64,000 bases of DNA. Origin: the human T2T-CHM13v2.0 reference genome, Homo sapiens. The notes under the pieces are model-generated. The model was not told the DNA's origin. It worked only from the letters and a program-made list of their open reading frames with translations, and made no database searches. Where the stretch lies: the NCBI RefSeq assembly GCF_009914755.1, contig NC_060928.1, one strand, 5' to 3'. The translations under genes and the position numbers were made by a program. Below are positions 30,398 through 47,186 of the stretch, in pieces; the first letter of the stretch is position 1; each line of letters begins with the position of its first letter.

Positions 30398-32661
30398 AAA
30401 TACTTAAAATAACGTTCTCATTTTAATCCTGAGTTATAATAATTATTTTTAAAATCCCGATTTAGCATATTTTTTTATTATATATTATGCTTCTTTGGTT
30501 AAAGAAAATATAGCATTTTTGGACAGTGTTTCTTAACTTTTGAAACTAAAATCTCATCTATTATTTTCTTTCATTTTAACACTTGGATGAGAAAATCGGT
30601 TATTAATTGCAAATGGGAAAATTAAGAGAGCATAAGTGATCCACTCAGTGGCTTAGGGTTAGAGACAAGGTTAAGACCCAATGTATAATACCCGTTTAAT
30701 GAGGCTAGGGAAAGACCTTGCAATTGGGGCTTTTTAAGTCTGACCACATTCAGAGCTTTGTGAAGCTATGTCAGGGAAAGTAGAAACCCCTTCTCCTAGC
30801 CCTGTTAACTACTCTACGATCACCGTATTTCTGAAAACTGTCCACATTCCACAACTAAGCAACATTTATATAATATGCACATGTGCACAATACTGAGCTC
30901 AGAGGTCACCCAAGAGAGGAAACAAACTAGCTGAGCTTCTAAAGCTTCTCATCTGTCAGTGAAACTCTTTAGGAAATTCTCACTACTACTTGACACATAG
31001 GAGAGACACTGACGCACGCATCTCATCCCTTCCCCCCAGTCCCAAACACGAAGGGAATGAAGGAGGAAAGGAAAGAGGGAGATCATAGACACAATCTTTA
31101 CAATAATCCCTTTAGTTGCTTACATACAACTGGGTGGTGCCTGCATAGTTCTTGACCATCATTTTTATCTTACAATGTTATTGAATGGAAAAGACTATTA
31201 AAATTTGTATTGTTGAAGATAAGAAAGAAATGCTACGGCAGGATTCAGTTTTGCAACAACTGGAGTAAACAAACAACTGAATGGCAGCATAGGCAACATT
31301 AACACTCTTTTATTATAAAATATTTTACTGCCTGTTTACATCTTACTGGCTTTTCCTCTGCTGCATTATAACATTTCTTTTTTAGTAACATTGAAAGAAT
31401 CAGTAATAATTATGGATACACTGAGGTACAAGTAAATATCCTTTTATATCAGAAATGACATGGGGTTGGCAAGTAACTCAAAAACTTAAATAGAAAAAAA
31501 AAAGTAATAAGCCTGGATGATTACACCACAGAGCACCCCCTGCCTACACATCACTTGGTAGGCTGCTCTTTGAAGCCAAGTCACTACCATGTAGATGATC
31601 ACACCAGTACATAGCAAAGGACCTAGCAAGAACCCCAGCACAATTCACATATGCCAGGAATGGAAGATGATAAAGTCCTTTTTGGAAAAGTGGGGGGGGG
31701 AAAGCTTCTGATGAAATTTATCCCCCTAACTGGAAAAGGAGCTAAAATTGATTAGCATGGTAGGCTTCATGTACCTCAATACCCAGAATGTGGGTAGAAT
31801 CAGTAAGGGTCAGAATTCTGTATGATTATTAAAAGTTTATTTTCTAGAGTGTATCTGAAAAAACATACTTTTATCCAGAAGTCTTAGAAAGAGCTGTTAA
31901 AGCTTTTTCAATTTTATTTCATTTACAATCTTTGGTCTTATCAAGTCCCTTAGTTTATAAAGAAATATGTAACTAGTCTCTATTCATAATTTTATTGATG
32001 ATTAATAAAAACAGATGATGACTAACATTTGTCATTTATGTTGGAGAATACACCTTCCCAGTCCATGCCTCCACGCCTGCCCAGGCACACACATTAGAGG
32101 TACACCCCTGACCCCTTCTCCTTAGGTGACGGGGAGTGACTCATCTGATTAATAAGTTTGGGAAAAGGAACTGGGTGGGCACAGCCCAGCCTCTTCTGGG
32201 TCCTCTCCATAGGAAGGCAGCTTGCCTGCAGGAGGCACATATTTTCTGTCCCTCAATACAGTGTTTTTTTCAAGGCACAGGGGTCCACAGGAGAAACTCA
32301 GATCGTGCCCACTCTGTGCCGGGGCGCATAAGTTTGTGAAATTCAGGGGTGAATCAGCAAGCCCACTTGCCTGCAGACTCAGGCCCATTACAGTGCTGAC
32401 ATTTTGATTGTCTCTTGAATATCTCTCTCAATCAGGCTTGGAAAAGAGAAGTGTAATGAATTGATCCCTAAAATCCCAATAATTTAAAACAAATATGCAG
32501 TCACTTTTAAAAATATTATCTTAAGTATATTTTACATAAAATATATTTTTCTCCATTATGAAAGCTCACATTGATATTTGACTCTGAGGATGAATGAGCT
32601 CATTCTATCACCAAACACTTAGGAAGTATGGAATTGCCGAACCATAAATATATATGGTTCC

Positions 32662-32695
<34 letters not shown>
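32662..32695. repeat. (TA)n(CA)n microsatellite
   Basis: Seen directly; abuts the MER2 end. Confidence 0.9.
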
Positions 32696-33164
32696 GTTGT
32701 CTCTCGTTATCTGTGAGGGATTTGATCCAGAACCTCCCACAGATACCAAACTCCACCAGATGCTCAAGTCCCTGACATAAAATGGCATATTTGCATATAA
32801 CCTACACACATTTTACGTGTCCCTTAAATCACCTGTAGGTTACTTATTTTTAAATTTTTTGTAGAGACAGGGTCTTGCTATGTAGCCCAGGCTGATTTTG
32901 AACTCCCGCCCTCACGTGATCTTCCCACCTCAACCTCTCAAAGCACTGGGATTACAGGCATTGGGCCACTGTGCCCTGCCTATGTTACTTGTAATACCCA
33001 ATACAATGTGAACGTTATGTAAATAATTGTTATCCTATAGGGGATAATGACAAGAAAAAAGTCTGTACATATTCAGTATAATGCAATATTTGGTTCTGAG
33101 TATTTTTGATCCGAGGTTGGTTGAAGCCAAGATGCAGAACTCTCCTTATAAAAAGGACCAACGG
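32694..33164 (+). mobile_element. MER2 interrupted by an Alu monomer
   Basis: CAGTTGTCTCTCG..GATGCTCAAGTCCCT..TTTGCATATAACCTAC..AATGACAAGAAAAAAGTCTGTACAT..GGTTGGTTGAA. Confidence 0.85.
32847..32980 (-). mobile_element. FLAM-like Alu monomer
   Basis: Single arm; degenerate TSD TAGGTTACTTAT/TATGTTACTTGT. Confidence 0.85.
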
Positions 33165-33246
33165 TATACTTTGTTTTCCATCTGCTCTTGAATTTATATG
33201 TGTCATCTACCCACCAGGGAACACAGCTTTTTAAACCTATAATCTA

Positions 33247-33555
<309 letters not shown>

Positions 33556-33954
33556 TTATTGAATTTTCAAAATGGAAAAATAGACATTTTCCCGTTAAGT
33601 GAACTGGGCTGAAGAAACACACTGTGGTCATCATCAGTGCAGTGGCCACCTGCTGAGCACCCAGTCTGTGCCAGGTCCGTGCTGTGTGAAATAATTGTGT
33701 GTTTAATTTTATTTGATACTCCATCAATCCTAATGGAGCTGATACTGCAGCCCTTACTTTACAGACTTAGATGAGGCAACTTGTGTGTTGCCGTGTAACC
33801 ACTAGTTGGGTCCCTATATCCATAGCCTTATCCTTCCCACAGACATTCCCCTCACTGCTACACTGTCAGAGGTTTTAGGTGAAGGCATATTTTGAGAACC
33901 CCACACCTGTGCTTCATGCCTCAGGCCTCTGCCGCCAAGGGAAGAGTTTGTCTA

Positions 33955-34047
<93 letters not shown>

Positions 34048-34211
34048 TTATTTTAATTTACATATTTCAGACATCGGTTTTTCTAGGAATATAAAATATT
34101 TTAAGTTGTCTGTAATCCAAAATATTCCTGTAATATGCAATGCCCTGGACTTAATTTATGAGATTTAGTTTCTCCCCTTTTTTCTTACATGAAGAACACA
34201 CTGCCTCTTTA

Positions 34212-34376
<165 letters not shown>

Positions 34377-35208
34377 CTAAAAAAAAAAAAAAACCCAAAA
34401 ACCCACAGAAAATGCCGTGAGTAGGAACATTTTAAGAGAATCAGAAAATAAAATATAAGTTCTTTCTATGAGCTAAGCACTATATTCATTTAATTTAATC
34501 CTCATAATAACCTTTGTGTCCTTGGGCAGGTACTATTCTATTTTACAGATTAGAAAACTGAGGCTGAGAGAGGACAAGCCAAAAGTCATAAAATTTGTAA
34601 ATGAAAGAGAGCCAACATTTAAAGATAGGTCTGTGTATCATAACACTTTAAAAAAACTATTAAAATGATGTGTTACGACGAAATACTTTCTTATTTAGCC
34701 TACAGTATAGTCTTTCAGGACCAGGTAAATCCCATAATGTAAAGTAGATGGTAGAATTCCCAGGATGGTGATGCCAGAGAAGTTCTTATTTCAAATCTTC
34801 AGTAAACATGGATTAAAGCTACAGTGGTATTTTGAGGAAGAATGCATAAGAACGTAGTGGTGGTGTGGCAACAGTAGACAACAGGAACCAGCTATGAGGC
34901 ATGAGGCCAAAAGGAAAAGTGTGGGATCAAGATTATATATCTGTAGTCTCTGGGAAGCAACAAAAAGAAGAGTCAAAGCTCCATGACAGTCAAGTCAGCA
35001 TTAAGAATCAAGATTTAAAATTTTATTTAAGGAGCTAAGAAGTAACCTACTAAGCAAAATTTCCTGGAATTAAGTATGATTCAATATATTGTCCTTCCAA
35101 CCCCTGCCTTTTTCCAAGCCATACTGCACACTGCTCCAGAGCACTGCCTCTGAAGTGAAGACAATAGCTCTGATCAGGTATGTGGCTTTTATCCTTATGA
35201 ATCCTGAA

Positions 35209-35495
35209 GAGCTGAGCACAGTAGCTCACGCCTGTAATCCCAACACCTTGGGAGGCCAATGCAGGAGGACTGCTTGAACCCAGGAGTTTGAGACCAGCCC
35301 AGGCAACATAGTGAGACTCTTGTCTCTACAAAAATAAAAAGACTGGCTGAGCATGGTGGTGCATGCTTGTAGTCTCAGCTACTCAGGAGGCTGAGGTGAG
35401 AGGATTGCTTAAGCCTAGGAGTTTGAGGCTGCAGTGAGCTATGATCATGCCACTGCACTCCAGCCTAGGTGACAGCAAGATCCTGTCTCAAACAA
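35209..35495 (+). mobile_element. AluJ
   Basis: Dimeric Alu with GAGTTTGAGGCTGCAGTGAGCTATGATC. Confidence 0.92.
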
Positions 35496-35496
35496 A

Positions 35497-35590
35497 GGAA
35501 GAAAAGGAGGAAAGAAGGAAGGAAGGAGGGAGGGGAGGTTGGGGGAGGGAGGGAGGGAGGGAGGGAAGGAGGGAGGGAGGGAGGGAAGGC
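35497..35590. repeat. Polypurine (GGAA/GGGA)n tract grown from the Alu tail
   Basis: Seen directly. Confidence 0.9.
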
Positions 35591-36501
35591 ATCCTGAAGG
35601 CTTTCTAGTACAGGATAACGTCCACAGTCCTTTATCTGGGTGGGAGCAGGAAGGGTAAGAAACAGTGAGATGAGCTGCTACCGACATTTATTGCATGCAG
35701 CTCTGTGCCAGGCTCTTCACATGTATTTTCTTTAACACTCACAACCTTGTTCAGCAGGTACTACTGTTTGCATTTTAAGAATAGGAAAACTGAGACTCAT
35801 CCAATTTGCCCCAGGTCACACAAACAGTAAATGATAGCTTCAAAGGCCCTTTGAAGTTGAGTCTGAATCTATCTTTCCAGTCTTATTTCCAACATGTCTT
35901 TACCCCTGACATCTGCTTGCACTGGAAGTTTTAGCCACACAAGCTTCTTGCTTTCCTGGGATACACCACATGCTTTACACACCTCCATATCTGTGCACAT
36001 TCTGTTCCCTTGGCCTGGAATCCATTTCTCCAGCTCTCTGCCTGCAGCTGTTATTTGCAAAGGCACAGTGTGCCTGGCTCATTTGCAAGATGTGCAGTAA
36101 GTGCTACTAATAATAAGGTACTTAGGTTTGTGAATAGCTCTCTTAAAAACAAAGAGAGAGAATTCAAGGTCAGTCCTGTCCCAATGTCTCTCTCAGTGAG
36201 TGACATTCTAAGCTCTGTGGAGTGGGTCAGAGAGGTGAAGACACAGCTGACACACTGAGAAGGGGTGTAACCTGGGGCCTGCTGTCTTGTCTCTGCTATG
36301 GCCAGTAGTGAGCAAAAATTTGTGTGCTGTGATCTTATTGTTGCATATGTCTTCCACCGAAAATTATTGATAGATGCAGCATTAATAAGAACACAAGGAT
36401 AAATGAAGAAGCACATGTACGAATCTACAGGTATATGTACGCTGCATAGGAGAAAGAGACTAGCAAGGTTTTGGCCAGTAAAGACACATGAGCTCCAATG
36501 A

Positions 36502-36959
<458 letters not shown>

Positions 36960-37319
36960 TAAAGCTTTAAAAAAAAGTCTACCTTCTCCTCAACTTTTCT
37001 TGCCTGGCCCACCCAATTCCCCTAAGGCATTCACTGTCAAAAATTCTATTCATTTAGACATTCTCTACTCATATTAATATTGCCGTTTTATACTATAGCA
37101 GTAAAGAACATGGGTCCCACCTGCCATGATCAGAATCAGCCATTTTATTATCCGAATGACACTGGACAAATTATTTAACTTCTCTAATTCTCAATTATCC
37201 CATGACATAGGCAATACATTAAACTACACAAAATATTGTTGGGAGAATTCCATCATCCAGTACACATTATTAATCATAATTAAACATACTTGATTGTCTT
37301 GTTAATATTACCTATAGTA

Positions 37320-37717
<398 letters not shown>

Positions 37718-40498
37718 TTAATTCTAGATCCATAATTTCATAAACACACAATTATATAGTCTTTTATAAGTAGCAAATTAATAAAAGATAAAGTTCCTAT
37801 GTATTAAATGTTCTATTCCCTACAAAAATTTATGTTTTCACCAAAGCCTGACTCTGCCTATAGGAGCGAGTCATACAGAATTAATGAATGCCATATATCA
37901 TTCTTAACATGGCAGAAAACAGGTTGAGAGAGGCTGGCTTGGAGAACTCATAGTCTGAAATTCAGCTCTGACACCCTTTCCTCTGAGAGACAAGTTATTA
38001 ACACCCTCGACAGAGCTTATTATCTCTACCTGCTTTTTTTTTTAATAGAAAAGACTATCCTAGAATTAATGACATTTGTATCACAACTTTAAGTATCCTA
38101 CTGTCTTCTCCTGTAGATCAAGGGCTCCCTGAAAAGGAAGGACCTTGATTTTGTGTTTCTCCAACCCCCATTGAGACTACCACCTTCCATTCTATGGTGC
38201 TCCATAAACCTTTGTGCAAGGAGCATTGTTTGTGATGCATTCCCCTGCAATCACACTTAGGTACGTATTATGGATAATTTACAGATAAATTCCCCCCAAT
38301 TCATCATGTATTTTAAGCATAACCACTAAAGGCCATTTTCTTCCAATTTTTTTTTCTTCTTTTTTTTTTTGCCAAATCTTACCCCCAATTTTATGGTGGA
38401 AATAATAGCTAACTCAGAAAACTGTTCTTTGGCCAAGTTAAAAGACAATACCAGCAATTCATGTATAGTTGAGTTATGAAGGTCAGATTTTGAAATAAAT
38501 GCAGATTTTGAAAGACTATGTGGGGAAAAAATGCTATGAGTACAAGATGCTGTGGACATGGAAGCATTTACAACAGAAAAGAGTGCACTGAAGCCTTTAG
38601 CTGGATATTTCAAGGACTTTTCAAAAGGACGCATAAGAACTTTCCAAACAGTTGCTGTTTATCTTCATGACAAATTAGCACAATTTTTGGTTAGTTTTTG
38701 TCTACTGTTTGCTTCAAGAAGTTTACTACTACTGATTATATATAGATTTTACTTGGCATCTAGCTGATAGAAAATAAAGTTATAATAAAGTTATAATTCA
38801 AATAGGGGAGTACTGTTCTGAAATGTTTTCACTTGAATACACGATAAGAAAGCTTTCACTTTATGTTCTTTCCATTTCTACTCCCTGTGCACAGGGGATG
38901 AGACTCTCATCTCTGGTCTTCCGGGCAGAATATCCTGAGTTATCTGGCTGACCAGCCACAGTCCTGGGCTTTCTAAAGTTACTCTTTGCCCTTCTCCCAC
39001 CCCCATTTAAAAAAATATAACCAACGAACATTATGTTTTGTATTACAGAGTTACATCTCTTCCAGCACACTCTAAGCAGCCTAGGGGCAGGGACAGCAGT
39101 GGAGCATCACGCAGCCTCTGCATGAAACTGGCATTGGGGAGAACAATGTTTACTTTGCCAGCAGGGACAGCAGTAACTGCCATTGACATTACGTCCAACA
39201 GTGTCACTTTGTAAAGACAGTTCCTTATCTATTTATAAAGAGTTATTTACCTTTTATAAAGATAGTTCATTCTACTTTGTAAGAACATTATTATACTACT
39301 CATTAAGTTTGTATTTATGAAGTTATCCTGAGTTGTTATATATTTAGATATTAGTTTCTTCTCATTTTTAAATGTCAAGGTAAAAATATGCGTTACTATA
39401 ACAATAAAATTGCAAATATAACAAAAAATAAGATGCAAAAGATATGAAGATACATCACATCAGCTGAAATGAGTTGGACTCTAGTAAACTGGCTGATGGC
39501 TGACTATACTGATTGCTGCAGTCGTTGTACTGCGTGAGCAACCTTGGAGAACATGGCTATTAAGAACATACTGATTTTCATAATGCATCATAATTAGTAT
39601 CAAATTTCAGATACATAGAATGCATGTACACAATTTGCTTTATATATTTTTTCTTTCTAAGCTGCCAAGCAGTCTCTAGACCTCTTGTGGACTGCCAATG
39701 TGGAAACCATTGTTGTAAGATAGCATTGCTCCCTTTTAGAAATGAAATATGGGGTTGAGCTGGAACTCTACACTCAGATCCTGTGGAACCTTGGCTGTAC
39801 AACTCTACTATGCTCTCTTAATTGGTGAAATATTAGCTAATGAATATCTACTCATCCTTCCTTTTACACACAAATCCATGAATGTAATATTATTCCCAGT
39901 CCTAACTTCTTAGAGTAGAAAGACTTGTAGGGTGATGTATGACTTATTGTGTACAGGAACATTTACATATGGATTTCTAGATACCTTATTGGAGGAGAGA
40001 AGAACAAAAACAACCCTTTCAAACTGAAATAGAAGACATTTGTTTGTAGTAACGTGGAATAAAACAAATTCCTTTCTTTCTGAAGACCAACCAATTATTA
40101 TTTGTTTGCTTCTGTTAGGTGAGCCTTAATATCTTCAAGTTGCTTTATAATATTTGTTATTAATTTTATGTTAAATTGACATATATTCTGAGACTTTTTG
40201 AGTGATATCCACAATAGTCTTTGATCCCATAAATGAATACTCTTGCAGATTAAAAAAACCCAAGCAAGAATCACTGTCTTAGAACCAAGTTATACATTTA
40301 GATATAAAATTATGTGGGAAGTGTCTCATAAACTCAGTTCTGTAATACAGTTGTTGCTGTTTTTGTTATTATTACTAAGCATTTTATGTTAAAAGTTAAT
40401 TTAAATTTAACTTTAATAACAACATTTTAAAATTAATTTTAGAAACTAGCTGTCAGGGCCAAAATGGTTTGACTCTTGTGTTAAGGTAATAATGATGA

Positions 40499-40822
<324 letters not shown>

Positions 40823-41324
40823 TAATCATTACGGCTTCTTCAGTTTACTGTCTTCATTACTATGAGAATGATCAGAGTCATTTTGGACTCAGCTTCCCAA
40901 CTGGAGACATGGCCAACCTCTCATCTACTTCTGGCAATCAGCATTCACATCTCTGTCACTGACTGTGACAAGGCCTTGGCCTGTCATGTTTGAAAATCCC
41001 ATGGCTGGGGAGGGTGATATGGGAATCTGGTAGTTCTGATATTGTTGGACTAATTTTAAAATAGACCATATAAAGTTCATATAAAAGCCAGAGGGAGGAG
41101 CTAAACTGGAAATCCTGGCAAAATGAGTTGCTCAGATGCTAACAGTGCTGGAATGGACACACTGGGAGCAATCTGTGGTTTTGGTCATTTCCTCCTGAGA
41201 TCTGAGTGGAAGTTTGGAATAGCCTCTAGTGACCCACGTTTTAATGAAGACTGTCTTTTCTTTCATAAATGAAACTTTCTTATTTTTTGTCTCTCTGTTT
41301 TTAAAATTTATTTACTAGCAATTA

Positions 41325-41471
<147 letters not shown>

Positions 41472-41835
41472 TTAGCATATTTTAATAAACTTCAAGCAAT
41501 AAATCACTAACATTTCAAGCCTAAACACATATGGTATTTATTTGACACCAACACCTATAGGTAATTTTTCCTTAGGAAATGATATCTTAGCGTGGCTTGG
41601 CACCAAAATCTATGATTTGAATGGAACATTTACAAAATCATTCTTTGTAGATATTTTTTCTATTCACTGCAATACTGATCTCTTAGACCATAAATTCTTG
41701 GAACAGTGGCTACATCTTCAGTTATTACCATCATCATTGAATACATTCATCCATATATAGGAAATAGCTCCCTTGCGATACCTTTCCAGAAAAAGAGGAA
41801 GAACCAATAGGGCTGAATGTGAGCATTTAAAAAAT

Positions 41836-41891
41836 TCTTAGATACTGGTCTATATTTAAAAATCTCTTAGATACTTGTCTATATTTAAAAA
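41836..41891. repeat. 29-bp tandem duplication (TCTTAGATACTKGTCTATATTTAAAAA..)
   Basis: Units start at 41836 and 41865; one mismatch in the core. Confidence 0.85.
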
Positions 41892-42042
41892 AGACAGACT
41901 TAACATAAATGATAGAGTTTTATAATCTGTGTCTTGAAACCCCCTTGCTAATGATAAAACAATGTATGATTGAATCAAAACACAGTGCAATTAAAGACAA
42001 AACACCTGATTTACTTTTAAATTATAAAACACTTGATATTTA

Positions 42043-42267
<225 letters not shown>

Positions 42268-45018
42268 TTATAAATTTAGATGAAAAGGAGGTTTCTATCT
42301 GAAATTCAGTAAGTGTGTCTTCTATAAAATACATAAAAACATGTTTAAAGTTTTTGTCTTACTTTCTGTTACCAAGTGTAAACAATACTAGTCACGGCAA
42401 TGGGGGATAGGAGTTATTACAAAAATAAACAAACTGATAAGGAAAAAAATCCTCAAAATTCTAGGTAAAAATCAAGTAAACACTTGTTCATATTTCTGTA
42501 ACATATTTATTTTCAATCTATAGAAAACAATAATGCTTTTTTCATGAATAAGCTAGGCTTCTTACATTCCTTATAAACAAGGCTCTCTCAAAAGTCACCA
42601 GAAGGTCAGAAGAACAAATGGAATATTTGAAGCAAGGGATGAGGAAGCCATACTCATATTACTAACAGGACAGCTGCTTTTATTGAGAAAACACTTGCTC
42701 CTCTTCTCTGATTCTTTTCTTACATATCAGAGAATCTCAACAGAAAATAGGCTAGATTTGGGGAACTATATACCTTATAAACACATAGTATAAATATATA
42801 AAATAAGTTACATTTATAAAATGACAGTGTAATTGTTATTAGGTGACCATTTATGATGGTCATGGCAAAGCACTAAAAAGCTCCAAAGCTCTAAAACTGT
42901 AACAAAAAGTAGATTTTTTTTTTTAAGGAATTCCAAAACGAGGCCTTAGTATTCCTGTAAGTATAAAGGCATGAATGTTCTCGTTCCAGTCTATAGTCTA
43001 TAGTGAGTACCTTCAGAATTTCATGGTCTAAACTTAGTTTCATGTTTGTTGAGTGCATTGTACAGTCTATTTTTGTCTCCCCTAAAAGAAAACACATAGA
43101 TACTATTGATGCTCTCACCAATTTTCAATGGAGAATATTACAGAGTGCTCAATGGTTAAAGAAAAGACACAAAACATACATGCCACTTTCTTTGACCATT
43201 AGATGTCAGCATAACTTATTTTGATTAAAGGACAACTTTTTTGAAAAGGAACCTGGTTTGCCCAGCTTCTAAATTTTGCATACGGCCTAAAGAGTTACTT
43301 GAGTACAAGGGAGAGGAAAATGGAAGTATCTAGATGGAAGTATCTCAAGTTCAAATTGCTGATTCTGCTGCAGACTTACCAATTTCTTTGATATGTCAAC
43401 AGAGTACAGGCTGATAAGGTACTGACTCTGAACTGTGTTTTCTTCTCTACTTCCTTCACTAACTGAGGCTATTTGTTCTTCACTGGGCAGTTTAAATAGA
43501 TTCTCATAATCCCTTCCAAAAGCACTTGGAAACTGTTTATATTCTGGACACTTGCAAAGCTTTCAGAAATGAGAATCCCTATTCTTTCTAACTACACATA
43601 CAACAGACACTCACACACACCTCAATTATCCTAAATGGTGCAACTTTATGCAACTAACCACTATGCTATACTGCATCCATACTCACCCCAACCCCCACCC
43701 GATTCATTTGAATCTTACTCTTCAAAACCAAGTGCAAATTCTTCCTCCTCTGTGAAATCTCCCCGATGCTACCAATTAGAAGTCATTTCCTCTTCTAAAC
43801 ACTTATAAATCATTCTCATTGGGCTCTTAGCATAAGGTACCTTTTAGTCACAAGTCCTTGACTGCATGCTAATAAAGGACAGGACCCAAAGCTTATGTTA
43901 TCTGTCCCCTGAGGGTCGGGTACAATGTGGGGAATTCGATATTTAACTGAGGATGACTATCATGATGGTGAAAAACTGGATTTGGGATGTCAAGTTAGAG
44001 CCCCAACTGATAACCCAATAGTATACATTTCTTCCCAACTCCAGTTTAGTCATGTCACCCTGATAGTTTAGAACCAGCCTGGCTAGAAGCACTGACACCA
44101 TGGATTGAGCTAACACTACAAATTAAGGCTTTATTTTTTTGAGAGCTTACCAGCACACCACTAGTTAAGCTCCCATTTCCCAGTAAAACTTTTTATGACA
44201 TTAGGTGAAAAATATCCCAGCAAATCACAAAGGGCTTTTATTCTCTTTTAATAGTTAATTTAGAATCAACTAAGGCAAAATACATAAAAGAAAATCTACA
44301 GAGGAAAAACTAGATTACTATTTCCCATTGGATTTGGACATTTTCAAGTGACGGGAAAGGAGTATCCTGGGATTCACAGGGTTCACTTAAGATCTAAATT
44401 AACATTTTTTAAAAGCATCTAATCAGAACATCCTACATTATTGCAAAATATTAGTACTGGTCTCCATGGGAACTTTTTTTTATTTGTTTGAGAAACAGAA
44501 CTGTCCTAAAATTTTCTTCAACGGTGTAACTGCCTTATTAAATCATATCCAGAAGAAAACTAATTTTCAGCCTCTCCTTCCTATTAATTCTAGACATGTT
44601 TTGTGAAGTTATATAAGAGATTTCATAAAGACTAATACATTGATGTTCTTTTTTTCAATGATTACTTCTCTCAATGCTTGACCCATCATCATTTTAATGG
44701 AATGAACCTGACAGAGCAATACTGAAGACATTGGTAACTAGATGAACCAGAAAATTTTAAGATCAAGCATTTGGAACGTTTTAGTTACAGCAGCATTAAA
44801 AACAAACAGACAAAAAAAAAAAAAAGGCAAAATAACTAAAGAGCTTGATCTGAATAACAGATGAAACATTCAAATCTTTTCTTTCCTGTTCCAGAGAAGT
44901 CAGAAAAGTCTGGCGACCTTGAGAGGCCAAAGGTATAAATTCAAAGTTAAATAGTAAAGAATGAGGCCTTCCTTTTTCAAAAGATCAGCTAAGAGATTAA
45001 CACACTCTCAGATGTTAA

Positions 45019-46470
45019 TCAAGACTTCAGACTGTGCTTTTTAAAAAGCTGTTTGGCAAGTAGATCAAATTGATGACAATCTTACCTTAAAAAAAATAAA
45101 GTTACACATATGCACAGCCCAAAATAAATTTCAGGGGAGAAGAAACAACCAGATTTGTTTTAAAAGATAAAGTAGAAAAAGGTAATTGGCTTGAATAAAA
45201 TCTTTTAAAAGAGAGATCGGAATAGTGGCAGAGAATAACCAACAGTATCCTTTTATTTTTTCCTCCTATCTTTTGCCAAAGTCACACATCTGTGCTCCAA
45301 TGGTACATAAAGTTATAATGACACCAAAGGAAAGAGTATGATTTCATAACTTATATCAACAGGCTATTAGCTTCATATCACCAGCGTTGATAAGGAACAA
45401 GGGACTGGTGAAGTAACTGTCTAGGATAATAGATTAGCCTAAGTTGAACCAGTTTGAGAGAAGGAAAAGAGACCATTTCCAGCAATTAGAGTAGTTTTCT
45501 TTCATGCTAATCAAGTTCAAATTCAGATTAAACCAACCCCATGAGAGAGTTCTGTAATAAAATACATCATATTCAGCAGAAAATCCATACTTCTCAAGTT
45601 TCCTTAAGAATAGGGTAAGGGAAACTACAGTCACAAACACATCTGCAGGCATCAGACGCCTTTCTTATGCCACCATCTTCAACTTGCTCCCAGCTCATTC
45701 TTCATTTTAGAATTTAGTTTGAAATTGCCTCGGTGTTTTTTAAACATCCCCACTGCTTTTCCAAACCATCTTCGAAAATATTATGACTTCAGCTTCACAG
45801 ATACAAACAAAACCACTCCTGGGAGGTCCAGAGTTCATTTGTCTGAGCCTCACATCTCCCAAAGCACCAGTCATATGTGCAAAGAATACAGAGGAATGGG
45901 CACCCAAAGATTCATGGAGCTCTAAGGGCTGAAGCCAACAACCCACCCTCCAGAAAAACATCCTTTTCCAGAACAAAGATTGTTGATGTTCAGGGAGACA
46001 GGTTGGGGGTGGGACACGTAGGGACTAGGTTACAGACAACATTTCCCAGCCTGTTCATATTTCCTCGCATGAGGGATGGCATTCTCCCTGCTCATGAATC
46101 TCCTTACTAGATGTTATTCCTCATCCTAAACAACTAGTTTTTATAATAAGATAATTTTAAAATAGCCACGTTTGATATTAGTTTTAGGAGAGGCAATAAG
46201 AGAGAAAAATAAAAGGATAGTGTTAGTTATTCCATGCTAGTTTCCAAATACCGCTCTTAAAAGCTTTTATTCAAGCCAAGATACATTTTTTCCTCTTTAT
46301 TTTTCAAAACAAATCTGGTTGTTTTTTCTCTCCTGAAATTTGTTTTGGGCTGTGTATGTGTGTAACTTTATATTTCTTATGGTAAGACTGCCATCAGTTT
46401 GATTTACTTCTTTGTATTAAAGCAGGTAATATGCCCAACAGCCTTTTTAAAGCACAGTCTGAAGTCTTGA
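45019..46470. repeat. Inverted duplication with arms ~45019-45265 and ~46201-46470
   Basis: Arms are reverse complements, e.g. TCAAGACTTCAGACTGTGCTTT / AAAGCACAGTCTGAAGTCTTGA and AAACAACCAGATTTGTTTT / AAAACAAATCTGGTTGTTT. Confidence 0.92.
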
Positions 46471-47060
46471 GTAAGGTCTAAGGTATGTTCATCTGTTAGT
46501 TATTAGAATTAGTTTTTCGCCTTTCCTTGCTGCCCTCTTGCAATGGCAAGGAATGTGGTGCACCTCAGGCTGTTAAGTTACAGGACACAGAGGCAGTAAA
46601 GCTGCAAATGGGTTGGACAGCTTATCATAAGGGCAAAAGGAAATTGCTTAAAAATCTACCATCTCTGCCATAAGACAACAGTTCAGTTTCCTGTCATCCC
46701 TTCGAACTCTGCCATGCTCAGCAACTACTAGTGTCCATTGGAAAATCAATGCTTTGAAAAGTGAAGAACACATCCAAAGTCTTTCCTACCACACTGTTGG
46801 GATTCTTCTTATAATTTATAATGTACTTTGAAAGTTCTTTACCATAGCATTTCTTTTTATCAGTTTGTTTCTTTTGCTTTGTACAAAAGATCACTCTAAC
46901 TTTCTAAGGACTCAAAACAATGATGCTGTTTGATTTATGACTAATTACCCAGTGTCCTCATTAGCAAAAAAAATCAATTGGTCATTCAGCACTTATCTTC
47001 TGGCCAATAAATTAATTAGGCAATAATGTATAAGTTGTAAAAAGAATGACGGTTGCCTTA

Positions 47061-47186
<126 letters not shown>

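Noticed and set aside
35497-35590. Purine tract as a functional triplex or G-quadruplex element
   Set aside because: Typical expansion of an Alu tail; nothing indicates function.
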